DNA of 64,000 nt from positions 8,122,001 through 8,186,000 of the forward strand of contig NC_086120.1 of NCBI RefSeq assembly GCF_963921235.1. The letters are read 5' to 3'. Position 1 is the stretch's first letter. Every line of letters starts with the position of its first letter. The notes under the pieces are model-generated. The model had not been told where the DNA came from, searched no databases, and saw only the letters and a program-made list of their open reading frames with translations. This DNA comes from Mobula hypostoma. Its lineage: Eukaryota. A program made the position numbers and the translations under genes. Shown here piece after piece: positions 35,752 to 48,439 of this stretch.

Positions 35752-38700
35752 CTTTTTTTTTTTAATTATTTTTATTCGGATAAGTAACTCACAAGTATCA
35801 TGAACATTTTTCACATGTATAACCTTTTCTTTTTTTATATATATGTATAAACCTATAATTATTTATACATTCCTAAGTACACATTAAGATGATATACAAA
35901 AGAAATTAGACACTTAAATAGATAATTATGTGCAGTTGAAATTCTACTCGATTAGGCTAAGTAATGATATTAGTTGTTAAGAAAAATAGTAATAATAGTG
36001 GATTAATAATAATTTCCATATATCTCTTCTGGACCATTTTTTTCTGGTCCAAAATGTTGTATGTAAACCAATGTAACAACCATTGTAGGTGTTTATATTC
36101 TAACTTGTTCACGTTTGCTCCTACCCCGGAACATAATTATCCAATCCCGATGTACTTATTTACTTAATTTTATCATTTTTTAGCCCTTTCCCAAATCTTT
36201 TCCTTTACTTTTGTTAACTCTCCATTTTCCAAAAGAAACAAAAACAGTATACATTTAGACCAGGGGTGCTTACGTTAGCAATATTACTGTGTTGATGAGA
36301 AGAGCAGTATAAATCATTAGGAGAGTCATCTAAAGTCTGCTCGCTTTGGGGTTATATATTCAATCCATTTATTCCAGATTCGATAAAATTTTCCTTTTTG
36401 AATTCTCAGGGAGTAAGTCATCTTTTCCATTTTAAATATTTCCAAGATAATTTCGTACCAATCTTCTAATGTAGGTGGTATTGGATTTAGCCACTTTCTA
36501 GTGATTGATTTCTTACTTGCCACTAAAAGGGCCTGCAGCAACTTTATATCTTTCTTCTGTTCAAGAAACAATACATGCCCCAAATAGAGCGTCTCAAAGT
36601 TCAGAGGTATCTGGGTCTTAAGTACCTTAACTAATGTTCTATGAGTACCTTTCCAATATAAACTTAATTTAGGGCAATCCCAGAAAATATGGAAATGATT
36701 TGCCTCCTTGGAGCCGAGCCTTCTCCAACACGTCACGTTTGTATCTTTATATTTTTCCTGATATGGGGTCTTGAAGTATTTTATAATATTTTTCCAACAA
36801 TGTTCTCTCCATGTCAAAGAATTAGTCGAAGACCACTGAAAGCTGCATATTTTCCCCCAAGCCTCCTCTGAAAGTACCAACCCCGCTTCTTTCTCCCACT
36901 TCTCTTTAATATACAATGTGTTTACATTTTTAGCATGGGAGAGTGCATTATATAATCGAGAAACTGATTTACTTGGTATTGAAATGTAAGCCGAATTCAG
37001 AATCTTGAAAAACTCTAATTCTACTAATTATACTGTTTTCCTTATGTTGTCCTGTGTCTGTTTTTGTTGAATAAATCCAGTCTGGTCTAAGTAGATTAGG
37101 TCAGGTAAAAGTTTTTCCAATCTGCGTGCTAATATAGATGTAAATAATTTGTAATCTAAATTAAGAACACTAATTGGCCGATAATTACCACATTCTAGTT
37201 TATCTTTACCCTCTTTAGGAATAACTGAAATAATCGCTTCTCTCCAGGAAGGTGGAGTTTCTCCTCTCTGCAAAATCCAATTAAAGGTGCTAAGTAGTAC
37301 CTAAGTAGTACCTAAGTAGTAGGTACTAAGTAGACTTCAGCGATTTGTACCACTCTGAGGTAAACGCATCAGAACCTGGAGACTTTCCAGCCTTTAATCT
37401 AGAGATGGCCACATTCAGTTCTTTAACAGTTACTGGTGTGACGAGAATACACATAAAATTAAGATGTTTGCTGGCCTGGGTTAGCATCAGTGACATCAGC
37501 AAGTGGTCTGCCACCTGCCCTCAGGGGAAGGAGAGATAAGGAACAATGGAGCAGCGTCTGGAGATGTGTAATGAAGGGACGTGGGAGAGAGAGCTGTCTG
37601 GAGCGGCTCCCCCTTTGAACCCTGAACTGTTTGAAGTGATGGACAGGTGATACCTCAGCAGGGGGATAAAAAGGGACCAGTTCGCTAAGGCAGCACACAC
37701 GCCACCCGAGGTAATGAGACCCTGGAAGCGGTACGCTTCTCACGAGTCGGTGAGAGGTACCAGACAACGGCCAGGGTGGAAAGGTACGATCAGCGGGAAC
37801 CCGGTGTGTGTCTGCCCTTGCCTGGGTGCCGGGTTCACTGCAGAGGATCGACCGCATCTGGAGGAGGGGTCACAGTCGGTGACCTCAGGTGACATCACCA
37901 AGGACCCGCGCAAAAGCTGCTTGTGAGCCATCTCGCCGGTCTGTGAGTGAAGCAGTGTCTGAATGATCAGTTGTTCCTGTTCTATCTCTCTCTTCCCCGA
38001 TGTTGTCCATCGCCATGGCAACGATTACTGCGAACTGAACTACTAAACTGGACTGAACTTTGAGTCACTTTGAAATTTGGTCATTTACCCCTAGACAACG
38101 ATAGAGCTTGATTGATGCTGTTATCTTAATTCTGTGCACATGTGTGTTTATCATTGCTGAACTATTGCATTTATTATCCTTTCGATTACTGTGTTGCTTG
38201 TTTCTTTAATAAAACTTTCTTAGTTCTAGCACTCCAGACTCCAACTGAGTGATCCATTTCTGCTGGTTTGGCAACCCAGTTACGGGGTACGTAACACTGG
38301 TTCTAATAGGCATTCATTTTGTAAATCCATAAGCTTGGGTAGATCTAAAGAATTCAATAAAGTGTCTATATAGGGCTCATTGGAGGCCCGGGGTTGGAAG
38401 TACAGCCCTTCAGGACCCTCCGTGTTTCCACATATTCCTCCCGTCTGGCAAGGATCCCCGGTGGGCAATTGTGGTCTAAACTGATTTTACAGTTGCTCCA
38501 CATGAAACCTTTCTTTTGCCATGCCCGTTTAAGCACCTCTTCCTTCGTTCTGTAACTGAGAAATCTGACTCGACTCGATCTGGGCTGGGCTTCTGCGGGA
38601 GGCTGTGGTGCCAATGCATGGTGGGCCCCTTCTATCTGTAGGTCTTTTGCGGCCGGTATATCAAGGTTCTCTCTAACATGAAGGGAATCATCAATCCGGG

Positions 38701-39236
38701 TTTACCTTCAGCTCCTTCGGGAACTCCGTAGATCCTCACATTTTCCCTTCTTGAGCAGCCTTCTTGGTCTATTAGCTTCCACTGGAGCTGCTGTTGTAGC
38801 TTTAGCATTCTGCTATCACTTCCTCTGTGTTTAGTACCTTCTCCTCAATTCCTACAATCCTCGCTTCGGCTTCATCTATCCGCGAGTTAGTTTTTACTAT
38901 TTCTCCTTTAATATCTTCCAGCTGTTTGGTGTTATTTCATCGGAACTTGCGAATCTCTCTGAGAATCAAAGACAGATTTACCGATTGCTCCTCATTATCT
39001 CCGTCCTGGCTTGCCGTGGGGGAGCTAGGCTCGTCGCCTTGCTATGTCTCTTTGTGTTTATCAGCCTTCTGAGCTGAGTTTTTAATCTTGTTCATAGACA
39101 TCATCCTTGACCCTTTTATTAATATAGTTATACGATATTAAGTATTTGTCTAATTTCGATTTTGGGGCAGTTTACCTTCTTTTTTGTTGAGAGACCTTTT
39201 CCTTACGCTGCCATTCCCTTGATGACCCGGAAGTCC
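35752..39236 (-). mobile_element. Internally deleted L1-clade LINE (5' end, ORF1, RT start, C-terminal Zn-knuckle, poly-A)
   Basis: 5' GGACTTCCGG; ORF1 VRFLSYRTKEEVLKRAW; [15 protein letters not shown]...DQTGF; CWR...HIFWDCPKL; poly-T at 35752-35763. Confidence 0.9.
37437..38296 (+). mobile_element. Solo LTR (860 bp), 4-bp TSD CTGG, inserted in L1
   Basis: TGTGACG...CGTAACA; CTGG at 37433-37436 and 38297-38300; AATAAA near 38206. Confidence 0.92.
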
Positions 39237-39554
39237 ACCCCTCCTAATGCTGTCTCTTCTATAACGATGAACAAAACCGTACACAACGTTCCAAATGCAG
39301 TTCCTAAAACATCCTGCACCACTTCAGCCTTATGTTCCAACTCCTGAAAAGTGTCGTGACTAACTAAGGCCAGCATGTCAAATGCTTTCTAACACCACCT
39401 TATTCACCTGTAATGTCAGTTCTATTAATCTATGTACATATACGCCCAGGCTCTGAAGAGTCTGACCATTTACTGTACAAGTCCTACCTGGTTTGACAAC
39501 CCGAAATTCGACACTTCACACTTAGCAGGATTGAAAGACATTTGCCAATCCTTA

Positions 39555-41468
39555 GTCACAGTGAAAACCATGTACTCCTGGTCTGACCAATCAGACTGCA
39601 TGTTACTGGATTGCTTTGATGACGTTGATCGGGATGTGTTCCAAGTTGAGGACGTCTCCGAGTAGACGGAAGTGGTCACAGGTTTCATCCGGCAGTGCAT
39701 TGTGGACGTTCTTCCCCAAAAATCTTTATAGGCCTACCCAAACTGGAAACCTTGGATTGATAGTTCCGTGGGTGCTGCACTATCATGTGAGACAAAGCCT
39801 TTGGCTCCGGAAACCATCAGGAGCTCAAGAAATGTCACTATGACTTACCAACAGCCATCAAGACAGCACAACATCACTACAGAGACAAAATCCGGACACA
39901 ACTCAGCAGCAACGACACACACAGGTCTGCACACTATTTCAGACTTCAAAGGGAAACACAGCGATTCAGCAACATAGTAGCCTCTTTCCCGGACAAGCTA
40001 AATCTTGTTTATGCTTGGCTCGAGGTGGTCAACACTGAACCCCCGTGAAGAGCCATCAGCGCAACCTGCTCCTTGTTCATTTCCGAGGCTGAGGTACGTC
40101 AGCCATTCCATTGCGTCAACAGCCGCTAGCTGGGCGTCATCCCAGGACGAGTACTCAGAGAGTGCCTGGCACAGCTGCCTGGTGTGTTCACAGACATTTT
40201 TAACTTTCCCTCTTCCAGTGTGTAGTGCCCTCTTGATTCAAAACATCCACCATTGTCCCTGTATCAAAGAAAATCAAAGGTAGCATGTCTGAACGATTGG
40301 TCTCCTGACGCACTCACCTCAATCATAAGCAGATGCTTTGAGAGGCTGGTGAAGTACTACATCTGCAGCATGCTACCGACCTGTCTGGACCTCCTCCAAT
40401 TTGCCTCCTGACACAACCGATCAACAGATGATGCCAAAGCCACAGTACAACAAACTGTCCTCACTCGCCTGGAGAAGACAGATGCTAATGTTAGAATGCT
40501 TCCTTAGACTACAGTTCATCATTCAACACCATAACTCCCCCCGCGGCTCGAGAAGAATCTCAGAGACCTCAGCCTGCACCCTGCCTATTGCAGCTGTATC
40601 CTGGTATTGCGTTTGGATCATCAGCAGGTGGTAAGGATGAGCTCCCTCACCCCTGCCCCTTTGACCCTCAACACAGGGGCTCCCCAGTGCTGTGTCCTGA
40701 GCCCCTTCCACTATGCACTATACTGCCATAACTGTGTTGCCTTGCACAGCTCCAGTCTGCTGATCAAATGTGCAGATGACACAACATTGATAGGCCTTAT
40801 TTCCAACAATGATGGGTCAGCCTATAGAGGAGAAGTCAATGCCCTGACACAGTGGTGCCAAGAAAACAGCCTCTCCCTCAGTGTTGAAAAAAACAAAGAA
40901 GCTGATCATGGATTACAGCAGGACTGGAGACAACCTAGGCCTTACTGTTATCAGTGGGACTGTAGTTGAGAGGGTGAATATTTCCAAACAGTGCCTCTTT
41001 CACCTCAGACTGCTGAAGAAGGTAGGCATGTGTCCTCAAACCCTCAGGACTTTCTACAGGGGCACCACTGAGAGCATCCTGACTGTTTGTGTCTCTGTGG
41101 TATAGACAGCCCAGTGCATCTGTGGATGTGAACTTTCCTCTATTCAGTACACTGACAGTAGCAGGTGCATGAAAAGGGTCCAGAAGATCATCAGGGGATG
41201 GAGCCACTCTAACCACAAACTGTTTCAGCCGTTTTCATCTGGCAAAATGTACGGCAGCATTCAGACCAGGACTAACAGGATCCAGGGCAGCTTCTTTCAA
41301 CAGGCCATTAGGTTGATCTGATGACATAACTGACTGTACATATTGTCCTACTTTTTCCTTCCTTATTGCTTTCACATAGTGACAGGGATGCAACGTAAGG
41401 ATTTTTTTCAACCCCTCATGTTGTGAAATGGATGTAAGAAATACAATTCTAATTCTAGTTCTAATTCG
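39555..41468 (+). mobile_element. Decayed Rex1/Babar LINE inside older CR1 sequence
   Basis: LNTGAPQCCVLSP, IKCADDTTLIGLI, (TTCTAA)n-like tail; CR1 remnants at 39240-39550. Confidence 0.85.
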
Positions 41469-41469
41469 A

Positions 41470-43330
41470 AGGCCTCACTTGTTGTTGATAGACTAAATGT
41501 ATGCCCCTCTTTCCCTAATAAGAGTCTAATACTGTTTGTCAGCTAAAATTACCAACACTTGTCAGCCTTGCCTTGCATTCCAAAAGGAACATACCATCTC
41601 GGGACACTTGATGAAACACTTTTAAAATCTTCCCATGTTACATTTGTCCCATTTCCAGCAAGCTGTCTCGCCCAATTGACCTTGGTAAGACTTAGCCTTC
41701 TCCCTCCAAAATCTGCCCTGTCTAAGTTCAGGACTAATCATATTTTCACTTCATAATATAAACAAACTGGCACAATCAAGGTTACTGGACAGAAAGTGCT
41801 CACCAATTGACACTTGATGTGCCTGACCTTATTCTGTCAGAATAGAATCTGTTTTGTGCTCTCTCTATTAGGGGCTTCTTGATAATGACTAAGGGAACCT
41901 TATTGGATACATTTGACAAGCTCCATCTTTCCCATGCCCTTTGCACTATGTGTGGAAATTAACAACTCCTATGAATTCTGCCCTATTTCTCTTACAAATA
42001 TCTGCAAGCTCTATACACATCAGTACCCTTAATTAGCACTGATTAACAGGACATGTAAGAAAAAACATCTCATTATAGTAACCATTGAATTCATGTTTCT
42101 AGGTTCCACTGCAATGACCTCATTTGATGATCACCTTGGATTATCTTCTTTAACCACCGTTGTTATGTCCTCCCCCATCAGAATGACAACTCCCACTCCT
42201 CTCATACCTGCACCTCTGTCATGCCTGCAGCATCTGTGTCCTGTAGCATCAAGTCACCAGTCCTGCCCTTCCCTCAGTCATCTTTCTGCTAGGCAATAAT
42301 ATCCACTCCTCAGAGCAAATCCACCCATCCACCTTACCTGTTCAGTCTGTTGCATTGACTGAAACGCAGTTTCATACAATGGTCTTTCCTTTTACCTTTA
42401 TTGTTTCCCTAGCGATCCTGACCTTTGAAATTTCTGTCATGAGTGACAGTATTTTCTCTAAATTCTCTTCCGCCTCTTTGCTGCGCAGGTGTTGCACTCC
42501 CCTGTTGATCGAGTTGAAATCGAGTAGCACCAACGAAGCTCCCTGACAGAATATTGTTCATCTTCCAGGTCAGGTACATCCGATCGATCTTCTACAGGTC
42601 ACTTTTGTCCCAGAAAAGATCCCAATGATCCAAGAACCTGAATAACCTTGCCCTTCGCCAGCATGTATGTGGCCTATTGCGGAGTCCCTGCTCTCGGTAG
42701 TAAGTGCATTGGGTGTAATTCATGATCACTACCCAGGAGGGCTTTCTTTTTAAATTATTTCCCAACTCCCAATACTTACCGTGAAGGACCTCATCCCATT
42801 TTGTGTCCATCGTGTTTGTACCAATGTGCCCAATGACTCTGGCCTTTTACTGTCCTCCAAGTGAAGGTTCTGCAACTGCTGTTAGATGCTAACACCTGAG
42901 GGGTAACACGCCATCTTGTTGTCTCCTTTGCAGTTACCAAAGCCACTGTCTGCCCCAAACTTACAATTCTCCGATCACAGTCGCTCAAACTGACCGCACC
43001 CTCTTTCCCTGATCGTGTCAGCTGGTTACAGTGCCAGTAACTGCTGCTGTAACCCACTGAAAGGTCACACCCCAAATATTACTCAAGGAGGCATGCGTGT
43101 TACTGTTTGAGTGGCCACACGGGTCCCTGCATTGTCCACCTAATTCTGTATCTCTCTTTTTGTTTCCCAGTTTCCTGCTGCCACATCGTTCATTGTGAGC
43201 AACTCAGCAAAACTCTTATCGCTGAAGTTCTCATTACTGCAATTGGACTTCCCGTCCTTCTTTCCTGCTATTCGGTGTTGAAAGCTGCCACAGTGAAGCA
43301 ATTTGCTCTCACTTCACAGGAATCAGGAGC
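41470..43330 (-). mobile_element. Decayed CR1 5' half (ORF1 esterase-like region and start of ORF2)
   Basis: ELGNNLK...FRFLDHWDLFWDKSDL in minus ORF 42592..42810. Confidence 0.75.
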
Positions 43331-43344
43331 GCACCGATGCAGAG

Positions 43345-43730
43345 AGCTGAGTCTCATTCCTCATCCCTTATCCCTATCACAGTTTCCTTATCCCACGTTT
43401 CACATCCTGTCTCCTACACCCCTTATCCTTGGTTCCTCACCCATCTTCCCTCACCCCTCATCCCTGTTCTGGATCCCTCATCCCTCACCCATCTTCTCTC
43501 ACCCATCATCCCGCACCCCTCACCCCTCATCCCTCACCCATTCCTCATCCCTCACCCCTCATCCAAATTCTGGATCCCTCATCCCTCACACATCATCTAA
43601 CATCTCTCACCCATCATCTCTCATCCCACATCCCACAACCCTCATCCCTCATCCCTCATCCATCATCCTTTAACCTTCACCCATTGTCTCTCACCTATCA
43701 TTCCTCACCCCCATCCCTCCTGCCACCTGC
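43345..43730. repeat. Degenerate C-rich tandem repeat (CCTCATC/CCCTCAC units)
   Basis: Repeated cctcatccctcac; the plus strand is almost free of G. Confidence 0.9.
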
Positions 43731-44129
43731 TCCTCAGTGTCAAAATGGGAAGAACAGCTGAAATGAGAAATCCCACATATGGGAATCACACATGCAATGA
43801 TCACATTTATTGTTAGTCATTCGCCATTACCAGCTGTCAATGCAATACTGATGATGACTCATAAAAAGACTTATTAATTATATTAATTATGTCCACTCCA
43901 AAGCCAGAGAAAACCATTCATCAGTTAAAATTTCCAATGAAGTCAAGTAATTAGCGAACTTAAACCCTGTGTAGCCACTCGATGGGAGAAACAGAACAAA
44001 ATCAGCCTTGGCTACAAATATTCCAGACAATAGTGGAAGCCACAGAGTGGAACAGAAATGCAATGTACGGTGAAGAGAAAGCGAGCACAGAGTGGTGGAG
44101 GAAGTGAACGAGCTGAAGCCACGCTCTGT

Positions 44130-44478
44130 TTAACAGCTGGATTGTGTCACTATGCAGATACTGTCGGAGCTGCTGCTTGTTGAGCTCAGCATCTACCTCA
44201 TGTTGCCCGGCACAGACTGGAGCAGTGGGAAGGTGCACTCCCTCCAAATGCTCCACTCTATACCGGGCACCGTCAGGTAGCTGCTGAAACTGAAGCTGTT
44301 GAGCTCCGCTTCGCCGCACTGGTTTGCACCTCACTGCTTGTTGGACACCCGACCACTGTCCAGCTGACGATGCGGAAGGTCACCGACAGTTACTGACCAG
44401 GCAAACTAAAGTGCCTGCTGCTTTAGCAGAGATTTCCTGAACTCACAGCTCAGGAAGTTTTATTGAAGGGTCCGGAAT
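44130..44478 (-). pseudogene. Orphan IgL C exon pseudogene (copy 3) with 3' UTR homology down to about 43740
   Basis: Minus acceptor ttcccatttcAG; EISAKAAGTLVCLVS, then frameshifts; ends TQSSC*. The 3' UTR aligns with 10182-10615. No V-J is recognisable upstream. Confidence 0.92.
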
Positions 44479-44499
44479 CTGAAATGGGAACATAAGAAA

Positions 44500-45340
44500 A
44501 CTTCAGGCATCAAACTTCCAGTAATACTCTCCTTCACATTTCACATTCCCATTTTCCTCTCTCACTTTATCTCCTTACCTACTCATTAGCTCCCTCTGGT
44601 GCTCCTCCTCCTTTTCTTTCTTTCACGCTTTCTGTCCTCCCCCAGCAGATTCCCCCTTCTCCAGCCCTGTATAAGACCATAAGACTATAAGACACAAGAG
44701 CAGAATTAGGCCATTCAGCCCATCAAGTCTGGTCTGCCTTTCCATCATGGCTGATCCTGGATCCCACTCAAACCAAAACACCTGCCTTCTCGCCATAACC
44801 TTTGTACCCTGACCAATTAGAAAACTGACAACTTACACTTTAAATATATGCCCACAGCCTTAGCCTCCACCGCAGTCTGTGGCCAAGAATTCCACAGATT
44901 TACTACTGTCTGGGAAAAAAAAAATCCTCCTTACCTCTGTCCTAAAGGGTCGCCCCTCAATTTTGATGCCGTGTCCTCTAATTCTGGACACTCTCACTGT
45001 TGGAAACATCCCCTGCACATCCACCTTATCTCGTCCTTTCAACATGCCGTAGCTTTCACTGAGATCACCACACCCCTACCCCCACAAATTCATTTCATCC
45101 AGTGAGTACAGGTCCAACGATCTTTTTCACTGATCAACCTTCCAGCTCTTTACTTCACCCCTCCCTGGTTTCACCCATCAGCTTGTGTTTCTTCATCAAC
45201 TCCCACCACCACCCCAACCATCTTACTCAGACTCTTCATCATTTTCTCCAGTCCTGGTGAAGGGTCTGAGCCTGAAACATCGATTTTACTCCTTTCCATA
45301 GATGCTGCCTGGCCTGCTGAGTTCCTCCAGCAGCTTGTGT
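44500..45340. mobile_element. Penelope-like UTR (+) split by a CR1 3' tail (-)
   Basis: aacttccagtaa...ctccagccct at 44510-44670; ataagaccataagac tail at 44671; gatgctgcctggcctgctgagttcctccagc at about 45300. Confidence 0.65.
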
Positions 45341-45529
45341 GTGTTGACAAGAGAGGACATATGCAGGAGCTGATTTGATTTCCCGGTTTCACATCACCAT
45401 CACATTCAGGTATGTGCTGGTAAATTTCAAGTAATGTTCAGATGACAAAAATATCGTGCATGTCCATGAAGAATGTTTTGAATTATGATCCTTTGCATTT
45501 CGTGCCATCACGATCACAAAAACTCTGCA

Positions 45530-45780
45530 GTGGATGATCCCAAGCCCAGCTGTGACTGGAGCAGGATTGGGCGTGGGGCTAGCAACGTCATCCTGTGAAA
45601 GCCCAGAGCTACAGAAACTCCAGCAGAAACTCCAGAGTTCTCATCCCTGGGAGAGACAGGATCTTCGAAGGTGGGTTAGACATGGGGAAAACTTAAAGTC
45701 CTGGCACAGGACAGAGGACCCTGATGAGCTGCTGTCCGTGGTCTATGCCACCGTAGAGGTGATGGGATTAAGTAAGTAAC
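45530..45780 (+). mobile_element. Short internally deleted RTE-like element
   Basis: ttgggcgtggggctagcaac 5' motif; ...ggcacaggacagagga...ttaagtaagtaa 3' tail. Confidence 0.5.
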
Positions 45781-47129
45781 CATCAGACTGCATTTCTGCT
45801 GTTTCTGAGTCCCATGAACATCATGGTCCTCTCTATTTGTAGAGATAAGTCCAGCCACAACAATATTCTAAAAGCTTAATATCATCGGGAAATGGCAGCC
45901 CAGCCTATTGGCACCCATCCACAGTCATGAAATTTCGTTTCCTCAACACTGGTGTACAATGGAGGCAGTGTAATCCATTTACAAAATATCCTGCTGTTAC
46001 TTCTTCAGGCTACTCCAACTACACCTCCTAAATCTCTGAGTTTTACTACCAATATGATCAGGTTAGAATGTAGCAGAGAGTACCACCATCAGCAGGTTCA
46101 CTTTGAAATTACACAACTGGCAGGACATAAATTTATGGATCTTAATTAAATCTAATTCCTGGATCTCCCCATTCACTATTACTGTGAGAATAGTTTCTCA
46201 GAGAAATTGCAGAGTTTCAAGAAGGCAGCTCATCACCACCTTCTCAAGAGCAGTTGATTCAATAGATGCTTGACCGAGCCTTTAATATCCAATGAAAATG
46301 CACGGACGGGGAAGCTGAGAAGGTTTCAATGTGATCTGATAGTAGATTTCCTAAAAAAATCGTTAAGCATGCAGACGGATTCTAAAGGCAGAGACTGTTC
46401 TTATTGGAGGAGGTTCTGCAACCAGATTACAGGAAATGAAAGTAAATGGTAAATGTGACACACTCAGGTTGAAGGAGCAACACTTCCTATTCTGTCCGGG
46501 TAGCCTCTAACTTCCAGTAACTTAATTCCCCTCACCTTTCCCTCTTTTTCCATTCGCCTTTCTGTTTTCCCAATCACGCTTTCCCTTCTCCTTACCTTCT
46601 ACTCAGCTTCCTCTATTTCCCCTCCATCCTTCCCATGGTGCACTGTTCTCTTCTATCAGGTTCCTCCTCGTTTCAGCATTCCACCCATCAAGTCCCAGAT
46701 TCTTACTTCATTCCCCTCCCAAACTCGCCCACTGTTTGCTTCAACTGGTTTCATATTTTATCCCACCTGCCAGTTTATATTTCATCCCAAAACCCATTTT
46801 CTTATTTTGGCCTCTACTAACTTCCTTTCCAATCCTAATGAATGGCCTTGGCTAAATACCTGGACCACTTATTCCTCCCCATACATATAGAATGACTTGC
46901 TGAGTTCCTCCATAATTTTGTGCTGTTCAAGAAAAATCCTTTTATTGGCAGCTGTTCCCCAGAGAAAGAAACTGAAATGTTCTGCTTGCAGCAGAGTCCT
47001 CTTTGAAAAACATCTTACATGGAGACTTGATCTAAAATATAATGGAACACGTCAGTTATTGTTAAAGCAACGCTGTTGTGTGTTTGTTTCCAGTGTTTTA
47101 TCTGTGAATCAAACTGCTACACTGGATAG

Positions 47130-47460
47130 TTTTGTGGTGCTGCATTCATTCCACACTAACATACAGATCGAATGTTGGACAATATGACTCATTTTCAGGA
47201 GCTGCAGAAATGTGGTTTTTCAGAAGAATGAATTTAAATATCATGGAAGCACTGAGTAGCAAATTTGTGTTGCGAAAAGCAGGAATAAGAACAGAGCTGA
47301 TATCATCAATTCAGGAAATGGCAGCCGTAATTTCTGGGAAATTTAGTGAGGAAAGAGAAGCTCAAGCATCTTGTAGTGATGGGAAGATATGATGGAAGAA
47401 AAAGTCAGAGTTGACAGCGCATGGCATTCATTATTGACATCAATGGATGGACAGGAAAAA
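47130..47460 (+). mobile_element. RTE-like RT C-terminal fragment
   Basis: ECWTI...AAEMWFFRRM. Confidence 0.6.
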
Positions 47461-47499
47461 GTTTTCAGAATCAGAACCAGGTTTACTGTCTTGAAAGTT

Positions 47500-48410
47500 G
47501 TTAGCTAAGTGGCAACAGTACAATGCAATGCGTAATAAAATTTGGAAAAAAATAATTAATAAATATTACAATCAGCATGCATGAGTATATTAAATAATTA
47601 AATTAAAAATAGTGCGAAAACAGAAATAATTAAGAAGTCAAGTCATGGGCTCAATGTTCATTTAGAATTTCGGAATTCAGAGGGGAAGAAGGTGTTCAAG
47701 AATCTGTGTGTGTGTGTGTGTGTGTGTATGTACATGAGCGTGCGCTCCTTCAGGCTGCTGTACCTCCTTTCTGATGGTAAGAATGAAAAGGGGGCATGTA
47801 CTGGGTGATGTGGGTCCTTAACAATGGACGCCACCGTTCAGACGCATCGCTCCTTGAAGGTGTTTTGTATACTATGAAGGCTAGACCCCATTATGAAGGT
47901 GACCAATTTCACAACTTTCTGTAGCTTCTTTCGATCCTGTGCAGTAGAATCCTCCCACCCCCAAACCAGACAGCGATGCTGCCTTTCAGAATGCTCTCAA
48001 CAGGACAGTTGTAGAAGTTTTGAAGTGTTTTAGGTGACAAACCAAATCTCCGCAAACTCCTAATAAAGTATTACCACTGTCTTGCATTCTTTATAGCTGA
48101 ATCGATAGGTTGGGACCAGGTTAAATACTGAGAAATCTTGATACCCAGGAGCTTGAAATTGCTTACTCTCTCCACTTCAGATCCCTCTATGAGGATTTGT
48201 TTGTGTTCCCTTACCTTACCCTTCCCGAAGTCTACTATTAGCTCTATCGTCTTACAAACGTTGAGTGCAAAGTGGTTGTGGCGACATCACTCATCTAGCT
48301 GGTATATCTTGTTTTTGTACACCCTCTTGTCTCCATGTGAGATTCTGCCAACAATGGTTGTATCATCAGCAAATGTACAGATGGCAGTTGGGCTATGCCC
48401 AGCCACACAG
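47500..48410 (-). mobile_element. Rex1/Babar 3' fragment (includes a (TG)n at about 47705-47727)
   Basis: Minus frame FADDTTIVGRISHGD...LIVDFGKG; ORF 48138..48440 is its antisense shadow. Confidence 0.75.
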
Positions 48411-48439
48411 ACTGTGAGTCTAAAGAGAACAGAGCAGTA

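Noticed and set aside
43107-43761. His/Pro/Ser-rich ORFs
   Set aside because: They are translation artefacts of the C-rich tandem repeat.
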